From the NCBI RefSeq assembly GCF_036321535.1, contig NC_087436.1, forward strand, positions 9,486,001 to 9,550,000: a DNA stretch of 64,000 bases, read 5' to 3'. The notes beneath the pieces were generated by a model. The model ran no database searches and was not told the origin of the DNA. It saw nothing but the letters and a program-made list of their open reading frames with translations. A program made the position numbers and the translations under genes. This document shows, in pieces, positions 1 to 10,992 of this stretch. The stretch is from Camelus dromedarius (lineage: Eukaryota). Numbering within the stretch: the first letter of the stretch is position 1; each line of letters starts with the position of its first letter.

Positions 1-169
1 GTTTTAGAATGTGAATTTTCAAATATATAATTATCATTTTAAATGAGATGATTTAAAAAAAAGAAACTATCACATTATGGTAGAGCAAACTTTGTTTTGC
101 TTTAATGACATTATTTCACTTAACTTTCTGTTCTTCCCCTTGTCCCCTAAAGTTCTAAAGCGTGGTTCA

Positions 170-405
170 CTGTGGCAGCTGCTGTCTCTACCCAGAATCC
201 TTCTCTCCAAATGTTTGCCGGGGTCGCTTCTCATACTTCAGACCTCTACACAAACAGCTCTGTTCAACGAAGTGTTCCTTGACTATTACTGAGTCTATTT
301 AAAAATGCAACTTGGCTTCTCCATTCCCCTCTTCCTTTTTCCCCCCATTTTAATTGTAATTGTCATGCATGACAGTTACGTATGTTTTATTTATTACTCT
401 GTCAT
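170..405 (+). mobile_element. L2 LINE 3' fragment (ancient)
   Basis: gctgctgtctctacccagaatccttctctcc...ttcagacctctacacaaa...ttccttgact...tatttaaaaatgcaac resembles the recalled L2 3' consensus. Confidence 0.6.
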
Positions 406-519
406 TCAAAAGGCAGCCCATTGGAAGACATTCCACAGGGCGTAAGAATGTAAATTGTTCTTAACCACAGAATATACTGGAGATATTTTCATACCTCTCA
501 ACAAAACAACCAGTGAAGA

Positions 520-918
520 AATTATTCCCAAAGGCTCTTGTGCATGGGAGGCTCATGTGATCAACTCCTGACCAATAGAATGCAATGGTCAGATGAAACG
601 CTGCTGAAATCTCTTTAAAACAGGGCAAGACTATTTCACCCTTGATTTTTCAGTTCATCTTGCCTGGAATAAGAACTCATCGCTGGAAATGGAGCAACTG
701 ACTTATAATCATTATGTAAGAAGTGTGAGGACAAAGCCACATGCTAAGGATGGTTGAGCAGAAAGACAGATTGGACCTAAATCATTGATGCTGTTGGCAC
801 TAGACTTCCCTTTTGCGGACTCCCTTGTTATGTGAGAATATCAGCCCCTCACCTGATTAAGCCATTGTTATTTGGGTTCTCTATTACAGAGAGTCAAACA
901 CAAATCCCAGCCAATGCA
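520..918 (+). mobile_element. MLT1 (MaLR) LTR, MLT1I/J-like
   Basis: aaagccacatgctaaggatggttgagcagaaagacag and terminal ttaagccattgttatttgggttctctattac...aatcccagccaatgca. Confidence 0.7.
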
Positions 919-1200
919 AACCTAAAAAAAAAAACAACTCACAAAGCGCTGCCTTCTTCCTGAATTCCAAATGATCCTCTGCCTGAGAGCTGCACTCTAG
1001 AATGATAAATTTTTGCCATCAGTTTACATAGAAAATATATTGCACAATGTTATGTATTTTATTTTATGATCAATACTTTACGGAGACATAGGAAAGTTGC
1101 ATAACTTGATAGAAAGAGCAAGCCACCAGGATTAGAATGTGCACATTTGACCTAAAGTTTTGCTAATGGGTAGCCCAGGACTGCAAAATGATCATATAAT

Positions 1201-1290
1201 CCCTCTGTGTCTCAGCGTCATCCTCTGCAAAATTATGAGATTGAACACACATTCCTCTGAAGTCTTTTCTAGCTCTAAAGCTATAGGATC
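1201..1290 (+). mobile_element. MIR3/MIRc SINE 3' fragment
   Basis: ctctgtgtctcagcgtcatcctctgcaaaat...ctctgaagtcttttctagctctaaagctatagga matches the MIR core and MIRc/MIR3 tail. Confidence 0.6.
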
Positions 1291-1588
1291 ATTTCTGGGC
1301 TGCTCGACACCTTGAGCTTCAGATGGTGATTGTAAAGGTCTGCATTAAGAGTAATGCTGTGGAGTGAAATTAGCCCAGAATGGCCAACTTTAATTTAGAT
1401 GATTTGGTTCCTCTTTCATCCCCACAAAATACAGTGTGAAGGCTTTATGTTGGATATTTAATGCTTTGTTCACCAAGTTAGGGCGCCATTGTAACCCTTC
1501 CTAATGACACCTGCTGTCTTCTATTGGTGATTTTCTAAACTATTGCTGGCAGATTGGATTGTGCCCGCTACATCCGTTTTTAGCGCAT

Positions 1589-1601
1589 GGTCAAATTGAC
1601 C
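1589..1601. promoter_or_regulatory. Perfect consensus estrogen response element GGTCAaatTGACC in unique sequence
   Basis: Exact GGTCAnnnTGACC palindrome; AP-1 TGAGTCA at 1721-1727 and FOX-like AAGCAAATA at 1709-1717 nearby. Function not shown. Confidence 0.4.
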
Positions 1602-1819
1602 CGGTGCAATGTCTTTGTTGCTGAGAGTGAAAAGTTGTCAGGTATTTGTCAAAAACTATTTGTCAGACTGAAGAAGAGCTGAGAAAATCTAATTAGAAAC
1701 ATTTTATAAAGCAAATACTCTGAGTCATTCCCAAGCTGTTTTTCAGTATGACATTCTAGAAATCTCACGCCATTGCCTTATGAAATGGCGATTACACTGC
1801 TGGAAAAGTGACCTCCAAA

Positions 1820-1915
1820 TTTCCACCTTCTTTTGTACCAGCTCCATCCCAAAAGTCCAGGGCACAGTGTGGCACAGAGTAGACATTCAAGAAATAGTTT
1901 TTGAATTGAATTTCA
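1820..1915 (+). mobile_element. L2 3' terminus
   Basis: gggcacagtgtggcacagagtagacattcaagaaatagttttgaattgaat, the typical L2 end. Confidence 0.6.
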
Positions 1916-2784
1916 TAAAAATGATTGAGTTCTTACTATTGCCTCTTGGGAAGAAAATTGGCTATATTTAGGGCAGATCATTCCCAAATTTAAAAACAAT
2001 GCCCCAATTGTATTACCAAACAGAAAGTCAGTCTTCCCATGAAACATAAAATACATGTTTTGAGAAGACTATATTAAATATGTTTGTCTGATTTTTGTTC
2101 AAGTTAGAGTGACTAGAAGTGAACTCGATGTCATCACAAATTTTCAAGTACATAAATATTAAATGGGTAAATTGTGCTTTCTTCAGTTGCTAGCATCCAG
2201 GACTTAGCTCAAATACATGGGCATGAATGGGGGAGTATGAAGAAGAGTTAGACCTAATTTCCCAGCATCTGTCAGAGCAAAGGGTGCTACATGGGTGCTG
2301 ATAATCAATCAGGAAGGTTGTAAATATAATGAGGGTGTATCACTGAGATGCAATACAGTTTAGCCACTTCAGTGAGCAAAAAGGGCAGAGAAGTAAGATG
2401 CTGATTGAAAGGGTTTATTTCAAGTTAAGAATTGATTATAATAAACATCTATAGTGAAACAACACTGCCCTAAATTAAAAGTCAATTAGCAAAGCCAAGT
2501 CAAGATAAAGGGGAGCTATTATAGGCTGCATTTTCTCATTATTCCAAGGGACATCAACTATTATTGAAATATGGTTTGATATTTTATTAATTCTTAAGGA
2601 TCTAGACCTAAGTTACTTGCTCTATAATGGAAGGAGATTAAATTTGCTAACATTGGGTAGTTAAAATCTTCCTCTCTAGGAAATCTACACATGTTTCATG
2701 ATAACGTGCCCAAAGTCTTTTTTTAAAAATCCCATGTTTGAAGTAAAAGATAATAACACACTCATAAACATAATACACATGACA

Positions 2785-3020
2785 TTTTTTAAAATTGAAG
2801 TATAGTCAGTTTACAATGTGTCAGTTTCTGGTGTACAGCACGATGTTTCAATCTTACATGTACATACATGTATTTCTTTCTACGTTCTTTTTCAGAGTAA
2901 GTTACTACAAGATATTGAGTATAGCTCCCTGTGCTATACAATAGAAACCTGTTGTTTATCTATTTTATATACAGTAGGTAGGATCTGTAAATCTCGATCT
3001 CCCAATTTATCCCTTCCCAC
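2785..3020 (-). mobile_element. Young L1 3' UTR fragment (camelid/artiodactyl type)
   Basis: T tract then attgaagtatagtcagtttacaatgtgtcagtttctggtgtacagc...ccctgtgctataca...aatttatcccttcccac; same family as 5520, 14317, 23545, 35848, 62978. Confidence 0.85.
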
Positions 3021-3454
3021 TATGCTTTAAAGATACTGATAAGAGGAAAAGATGGAGAAACATCCTTTTTGAAGGATCATTTTGAGAGTTTGGGGGTGGA
3101 AAATTGAGACTGAGGGAAATGTAGAGAAATGCAGGTGTGTAAACTCCTTTGGGGGAGTCTCCCCCATATCGGGACTGTTGTCTCACTGGGGTGGATATGA
3201 CCCTGCTACTCTGGTCCACATCTATCCTTCTAACTTCCTTTCCCATCTCTCCCTCCAGCCACCTGGGCTTTCTTGATGCTCTTGGGCATCACACTTTTAA
3301 CTTATGGTGTTTTCATTCTTTGCCCTCCAGTGAGAATGATATTCTACCATTATCACATTAGTAAAGGCTTCAGCGACAGCCATATGTCAAGTAGCATCCT
3401 TCTGGTTTGACTAAGAATTATCACGTTAGGTATTAATTTACTTCTGACTGCTTT

Positions 3455-3585
3455 TGCTGTAGAATACAATCTCCATGAGAGTTAGTTACATTCTGTTTCC
3501 TCCACTGCATATCCACAATACTCAGAATAGTGCCTGGCTTGTAGCGGCTGCTTCAGAGATGCCACTGGGATAAATAAATGAGTGT
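3455..3585 (+). mobile_element. L2 3' terminus
   Basis: tagaatacaatctccatgagag...cagaatagtgcctggcttgtag...ataaataaatgag. Confidence 0.65.
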
Positions 3586-4042
3586 AGCCTTGATGTTAGC
3601 TTAATCAAAACATGTTGTGCTTCTGAGACAAGCCACTCCTTCAGTGTTAATTGCCATGATGCTAGCTGACACTCCAAGATCTTTCCAATTAAAATAGTTC
3701 TGTTCGGATAATTTTCTCCCATTGCAATGTCTCCTTTGATCACCTCTCTGCTAAATTTTGGAATTCAAGTCCATTTTAATGAAGAACTTAGGTTCAAAGC
3801 ATAGCCCTATAAGACATACTGAAGCTTACATAACTTGATAGACATTTAGGCTGCAATAAGAAGAATATAATGCCATTTATTTCTTTTCTAAATTGATATC
3901 AACTCTATTTTTAAAATTATATCTAACTGTCAGTTTCTGCTGGTAGTTAATTCCCCTGCCTGCAGACCCTAACAATCAAAGGAGGAAAGTGTTACCCACT
4001 CAATGGTTCAGTAATTATGAAAGTAGTTTATCTAAGCAAATT

Positions 4043-4073
<31 letters not shown>

Positions 4074-4299
4074 TATTAAAGACAATGTTTTTTAAACGTA
4101 AACAACAAAAAACCCCGAACAGTAGTGTATTAATTCTCTTGAACTTTGTGTTAATCTTTCTGAAATTGTTCGCGGACCCCTGGTTACTTTTCCCACTTCA
4201 TTTATTTCTATTGCCCCTCATTACAAATTAAATTCTATTTACACGGAACTTCTTTCTACTCCTCTAATGGGCCATTGTCACTTTCATCAGCCTATGGGA

Positions 4300-4565
4300 A
4301 CGTTCTTGGGTCACATCTTAAACAGGCTCTTCAGGAAGCCTTCCTTGATCTCAGAGGCTGGGATTATTTGCCTCCTTAACTGCTCTCATAGAACCAATGT
4401 TCAGAACTTCCTTAGCCAGAAACTTAGGATATTGTAATTGTCTTTTTAAGAGATACTTTCCACCCTCAGAGACAATAGATTCTAGAAAGCCAAGGACCAC
4501 AACTATGTTATTCACAGTTAGATTGCCTGTATCTGGCTCAATAAATATATCTTTAAAAAAATGAA
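4300..4565 (+). mobile_element. L2 3' fragment
   Basis: ttcaggaagccttccttgatc...ggctcaataaatatat. Confidence 0.55.
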
Positions 4566-5004
4566 CTTGGGTAAGAAAGGAAATTAGACAGATATGTTTA
4601 TAGGATAAGAAATTCTCATATATTACACACACATTTGCCTATAAATTTGGAAACGTGCTTTGGATAATGTGATAAAAACACCTTGTCATTTCAGTTTGCC
4701 TTTTCATCAAGATCTAGGAAGTTTCCCATAGGAGGTCTGTGGGTAGAGCATATAACTGGTATTTCGAGCACAATTATTTTATCATAAAGCATAATCTTTC
4801 TTCTTTCACACAAATACTCCTTATGAGTTGATAGGGGAAGGCACAGTCCTTGCTTACGTAACAACCATGATGCAACTTGAAACCAGTTACCAGGATAAAT
4901 AACAACTGAACACACCAATAAAGTGCAGAATTAATTCATAAGTTTTAAGGAAATGCACCACACAATAAGGGAGTAGTCAGAATGATATAACATTAAGTAC
5001 TGTT

Positions 5005-5500
5005 ATTTTGTCCAAAATATTTACTGAGTGTGTCTCTGTGCAAGGCACTAGGCTAGAGTTGTGCAGAAGAACTAAATCTCTGATGAGAATGTAAACGCTC
5101 ATGCAGACACATGTCCCCACACATCTAGGCTGCGAGGTAGAATGTAACACGTTTCTGAAGAAGCAGATAAATTTCCTTCTGAGTTAGCAATGAGACAGAT
5201 CAGTTCTTGCTGAAAAGATCAGACTAGATGAATTTTCATGGATTTGTGGTATTAATTTCAATCTTAAATGAGGAGTGATGATAGTGAATAGTCTGTGAAA
5301 GTTGCGGCTGAAATAGAGACTGTGCTGATGGGAAATCTGGGAAGGTGGGAGATATATTTGGGAAGGTTGAAAGGTGTAGGGGTCATGCAGAAATAGGACT
5401 CATAAGCCATAAATAAAAGCTTGATCTGAAATGGCAACAGTTCTGAATAATAGGATAATGATTTTGGATGCAATGAAATCATGTTGAAAGAGAAGGTATG
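5005..5500 (-). mobile_element. L2 fragment
   Basis: aaatatttactgagtgtgtctctgtgcaaggcactaggctagag is the reverse complement of the L2 3' end. Confidence 0.55.
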
Positions 5501-5519
5501 CAATTAGAGTTTTTGCGTT

Positions 5520-5730
5520 GTTTTTTTTTTTTTTAAGTATAGTCAATTACAATGTGTCAATTTCTGGTATACAGCATAATATCCCAGTCATATATATATA
5601 TATGTATATATATGTATATATGTGTATATATATATAACCCAGTTTCATAGCACAGACCAGCACTGGGACATCCATATAGATACATACATACATATATATA
5701 CACATTATTTGTTTTCATATTCTTCTTTTA
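5520..5730 (-). mobile_element. Young L1 3' end with (TA)n expansion and an internal templated insertion
   Basis: poly-T + aagtatagtcaattacaatgtgtcaatttctggtatacagc...gttttcatattcttc; foreign segment at 5636-5672. Confidence 0.85.
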
Positions 5731-6499
5731 AAGCACATTTTATTCTTATTTTACTTAAGAGATTTCTTAATGGGAGTTTTTCTTCGGAGAATTTTTGTTT
5801 TAAGGCAGAAAAAAATTAGAAACTAATGGCAAGGTGTTTAAACCAGTGCTTCTGTTAAATATCCATGGCTTGTTGTAGCAGCAAGCTCAATAAACCTGTC
5901 AAAAAATTAAGTAAGAGCTTGTTAAAATACAAATAAATGTTATCCTTTCAGATAGCTACTCATTTAATTAAGACTAACAATAAAAGAAATTATCTTTTTT
6001 GTGAGGGTTGAAGAAAAGGTTAAAATCTCAAGGAGAACAATATAACATTCAAGCACATCATTGTATCAACCACATTAAGGATGTATCAAGTACCAGGTAA
6101 ATGGAAAAACAGGGTTTATTCTAATTTTAGTCTTCTTGTTCGTCTGTAACTTTCCTCTCTGACTTCCACTACCCACTACCAAGTTACTTACTTGTTCAAC
6201 TCCCATTTACATGTAAAGCAGTTTTTTAATTGTTAACCTGTATCACCATGAGGAACAAATCTTCCAATTTGAGCCTAGTGTTTATGTACAGTTACTTTTG
6301 TCTTTAGCCTGACAGGTTCCAGTCAGAACACCGTTTTCTAGAGTTACTTGTACTTTGTAATGACTATGAATAAAACTAGTATTAACATTTGTCTGCAGGT
6401 TTTGGTATGAACATAAGTTTTCGAAGCAAACGAGGCATTTACAAAAATGATGAATGTTTTACCAGGAGGAATAATGAGAGATCTAGGAACATGATAATC

Positions 6500-6915
6500 T
6501 ATTTGTTTGAATTAGATTTTAATTGCAAGAGACAGAAAACCTCCGTTCTGTAAACCACAAAGAAGTTGAGTTTTCTCTCATGGTAAATTCTGGAGATGTT
6601 GGTCCCCAGTGCTGGTCTGTGCTATGAAACTGGGTTTCTTCTTTTCTACTGATCAGACACTAAGGTTTCTTCTGTTAAGTGACCATGGATGCCCCTAAAG
6701 CTGATTCAGCTCCAGCCTTCACGTCATCATTCTAGCTAGCAAAAAGAGGGAAAGAAAATAAGACCGGCATGATTCTCTATTTCAGAAAATTCCCAGAATT
6801 TGCATACATCACCTTCATGTACATCTCGCTGGCCAAAACTTAGTCACGTGGATACATCCAGCTCCAAGGGAATATAATCTTCCTCTTGCCATTTATGTTT
6901 CTGCCTAAAATTTAG
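6500..6915 (-). mobile_element. MLT1 (MaLR) LTR
   Basis: ttaattgcaagagacagaaaacc...catctcgctggccaaaacttagtcacgtggatacatccagctccaaggg, typical reverse MLT1J/K. Confidence 0.7.
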
Positions 6916-7329
6916 AGAGTACTAAAGGAGGGAAAAATAATTCTTTTCCCTTTTCTGGTGGCTACAACATAAGCAGGGTAGCTGAAGCTTGTATAAATAA
7001 ATTTGTCCACAGGAGGAATTTAGGAAGAGAAGCTCACATAATGGTTTCTATGAGGCGTAAGGATGGAATTGTGAGACAGCAGGTGCCCGTGATTAGGCAC
7101 TGCCAGGGTACTTCTTGAGACACAAATCAACTTGTCTCTTGCGTGCTACTATTATTTAAGGTTTTTATCAAAGAAAAACCTAATCCTAAATAATACAGAG
7201 AAAAATCAGCTGTCTCTTCCATAATACCATCGACCAAATTCCTACCCCCATAGAGAGACTTGTTTTGAAATTTTTCAAAATCGAAATTAAGACTAACTGG
7301 CAAATTTGCAAATAAACAGGTGTTTCATA

Positions 7330-7445
7330 GACGGCTTCCTGGATGTCTACTATGCGCCAGGCACTGTGTTGGCCGTCAGGGATACCGCACGAGCTAATCT
7401 TAACATGGCTCTGCCTTCCTGAAATTGTCTGTCTAGTTTAGGGTA
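7330..7445 (-). mobile_element. L2 3' terminus
   Basis: tgtctactatgcgccaggcactgtgttggcc...ctctgccttcctgaaattgtctgtctag. Confidence 0.7.
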
Positions 7446-9607
7446 AATATTTTAATAATGTCATTTTACCCAAAAAAGTGTATGTGTATTTTGGAAAGTT
7501 TATGAAAGAGAGGAGGAGAAAGAACTTTCAGGGTGACTTCCCCACATGTGAAACTGGCAATTTCATCACTACTTACTGTTGGTTTTCAGGCACAGGCTAG
7601 ATGACAGCTTAGGAATGTGGTGGTGAAAATTTGTCTGTGGAAAACAGACCTCTTGAGATTGAAGATCCCACAGAAATCATGCCTGGATCCTATGATGTGT
7701 AATCTTACAAAAATTATTATATAAATCCTAAAGACGTTTAAGGAATATGTTCTAAATGCTATGTTTTAGATACTATCTTATATATCTTATTAAATGTGTT
7801 TGTATTTTAGTTGATGAGTACCTTGATCAATTTCACTGTATTAAAAGGAGCATCTTTAATTCCCAGCGCATTCTTCAGCCCCTTCAGGAGTTAGGATGTC
7901 TCTTATCTTCCTTAGTGAGGTTTGATGCAGGTGTGACTTATATTAACTGCTTGACTTTTATGGGTTGCTCAGTCACTTGTTTGGTCTCAAACTGATGTTC
8001 CTTCAAACCTCTAGGAAGCCAAGTAATTCCAAAACAAAGATATTCCATCCTGGTTTGTAATGTAAACGATTTGGGGAATTCAAAGAAAGCAGCATAATAA
8101 CCTGATAAGGTAATTGCCTTACTAATTCTGTAAGGTTTCTCATTCTATTGAAATAGCACAGAGACTCACAAACAGCTAATGTGAATTTTTAAAAGCATTC
8201 TGCTGCAACAGTAGGGCGAAGATATATACTGATGTGTTCTTATTATCTGAGGTTAGTGTCTTTGCTGTCTTTGAGTGATCTAATTATTCCACATTCTAAA
8301 GCTATTTGAAATTTAGGTTGGCAGTCAAAAGTAGCTTAAAAGTAATCCCTGATTTTATTTTCAGAAGCGATTTTTTTTATCTTCAAACACCTTCCTGTAG
8401 CATTTCATCTCTCTCTCCAAGTAGTAGTATTTTCTCTTTACTAACTATGAAATAAAAAAAAAAAGTGACAACGTGATGAGTTGACTTACAAATGAAGATC
8501 TAATGCATAAAAACAAATTAAGTGGCAAAATTAGACTAAAGGCTTGAGAGGACCTGACAGTATAGATATTTCTGAAAGCAAAACATAATCTAAATTAAGA
8601 ATATCCCTAGTTTGAGAATTAGAGATGGTGGTGTAGGAAGATCCTGAACTCACCTCCCTCTATGGACACAACAAATCTACAATGACGTATGGGATAATTA
8701 CATCAGAAAGGGACCTGAAAACTGGGTGAACAAAGCCTCCACAACAAAGGATAAAAGTACAGCATCAAGATGTGCAGGAGAAGCAGAGACATAGTCTTGT
8801 CACAGAAAAATTCACATCCCAGACACAGGAGTCCACAACTGACAGGGATCACAAAAGGTCACATCTTTTCCCTAAGGAGTAAGGGATTCAATTATCACAT
8901 CAGTCTCCCTAATCCCTAGATCCTGCACAGGAGAGACAAGTCTCCAAATCACCTGGCTTTGAAAACCACCTGTGACTACATCTGGGAAATCTACAGAACT
9001 AAAGGGAATGGAAAACTTGCTCGTAAAGGGCTCACATGCAGACTAACATGACTCGAAAACTAGTGCAAAACACCAGATTAAAGAACTCATGGACCAGAGG
9101 TGATGGAACATAATTATTAGTCTTGAAGTGTCTGCTGGAGAGGCAGGAAACAGTTGGGACAGAGACACTGGCAGGTGACACTTTTGTTATTTCAGGATAC
9201 CTGCTAATATCAGCACTGGTTGGTACCATTTAAATTCTTTAGCCTGTTAGTGCCAATGGATACACCCCTGTAAGAGTCCCACCCACTCTGTTCCTCAACC
9301 GAACCGCACTGCCAGCTGAAGGATAACCCTGCCCACCAACACATGAAAGACTTGTGGAAGGTCTGGAGGCTGGTCCAGGGCCAGCCCAAGCCACCAGCAT
9401 GCTTTAGCAGCAGCCACAACCCATCACAACAGGAGGACACACATAGTCCACATAGGGGACACCATTTGAGTGCCTGGCTCTGGTGGCCAGATGGGATTGC
9501 AACTTTGAACCCTACAGAATATCTCCTAAATAAGGCCACCCCCTCAAGACTGGGAGAAATAGCTGATTTACGTAGTACATTGAAACAAATGCAAAGAATT
9601 AGACACT

Positions 9608-10512
9608 ATGAGGAGCCAGAGGAATATGTTTCAATTGAAAGGCAAAACTTCAGAAAAAGAATGAAATGAAGCAAAGATAAGAAATCTAACCCAAAAAGTG
9701 TTCAAAACAGTGGTTGTAATAATGCTCACCAAACTTGGGAGAAGAATGGATGAACACAGTGAGATTTTCGACAAAGAAATAGCAAATATAAGAAAGTACC
9801 AAACAGAAGTTAAAACTCAATTGAAAAATACACTGGGGGGGGGGGGTTTGACATCAGACTGGATGAGGTAGAAGAACAAATCAGTGAGCTAGAAGACAAA
9901 ACAATGGAGTTGATCCATACATAGCAACAAAATGAAAAAAGAATCAAGAAAATGAAGATGACTCTAACAGACCTTTGGGGCATCAACCAAAATAATTTTC
10001 ACATTATAGGGGCCCCAGAGGAAAAGAGAGACATAAAGAACCAGAAAAATTACTTGAAGAATTAGTGGCTGAAAATTTCCTTAAACTGGGGAAGGAAACA
10101 GGCATCTAAGTCCAGGAAGCACAGAGTTCCAAATTAGATGAACCCAAAGAGTCACACTCCAAGATACATTATAGCCAAAATGGTAAAAGTTAAGGACAAA
10201 GAGAGAATCCCAAAAGCAGCAAGAGAAAAACAACTTGTTATGTATAAAGGAAACCCCATAAAGCTCTCAGCATATTTTTCAGCAAAATCTTTACAGGCCA
10301 GAAGGGAGTGACATAGTTTATTCAAAGAGCTGAAAGGAAAACAAACAAACAAAGAAACAAAACCCCCAACATTTTAGCCAAGAATTCTCTACCCCACAAA
10401 GTTATCAATCAGAATTGAAGGTGCAATCAAGAGGTTCCCAGATGAACAAAAGTTAAAGAAGTTCATCATCACTAAGCCAGTCCTACAAGAAATGTTAAAG
10501 GGAGGTCATTAA
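9608..10512 (+). pseudogene. L1 ORF1p remnant
   Basis: atgaggagccagaggaatatgtttcaa (MRSQRNMFQ) ... atcccaaaagcagcaagagaaaaa ... ctacaagaaatgttaaaggga then TAA; frameshifted. Confidence 0.85.
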
Positions 10513-10992
10513 GCTGAATTAGTTAATAACAAGAAACATACAATAGTAAAAATCTCACTGGAAAAGGCAAATACATAATAAAGGTAGTGGATCAATCACT
10601 TATAAAGCAGGCATGAAGATTAAAAGAAAATAGTAGTAACATTAACTTAAATTACAATAACTAGTTAATGGGATGCATAAAATAAAAAGATGTGACGTAT
10701 GTTATTGAAAGTATAAAGTATAGGGGGAGGGTGAGTAAAACGATAGCCTTGGAATGTGTTCAAATTTAAGTTACTACCAACTTGAAACAGACTACTATTT
10801 ACATAGAATATTATACGTGAACCTCACAGAAACCACAAGGGAAAAAAAACTTATAGTAAATGTGCAAAAGTTAATGAGAAAGGAATCTAAACTTGACATT
10901 AAAGAAAACCATTGAAACATAAGGGAAGAGAGAAAGAGGAGAAGAAAGGAACAGAAAGGAACTACAAAAACATACAGAAAACAATTTTTAAA

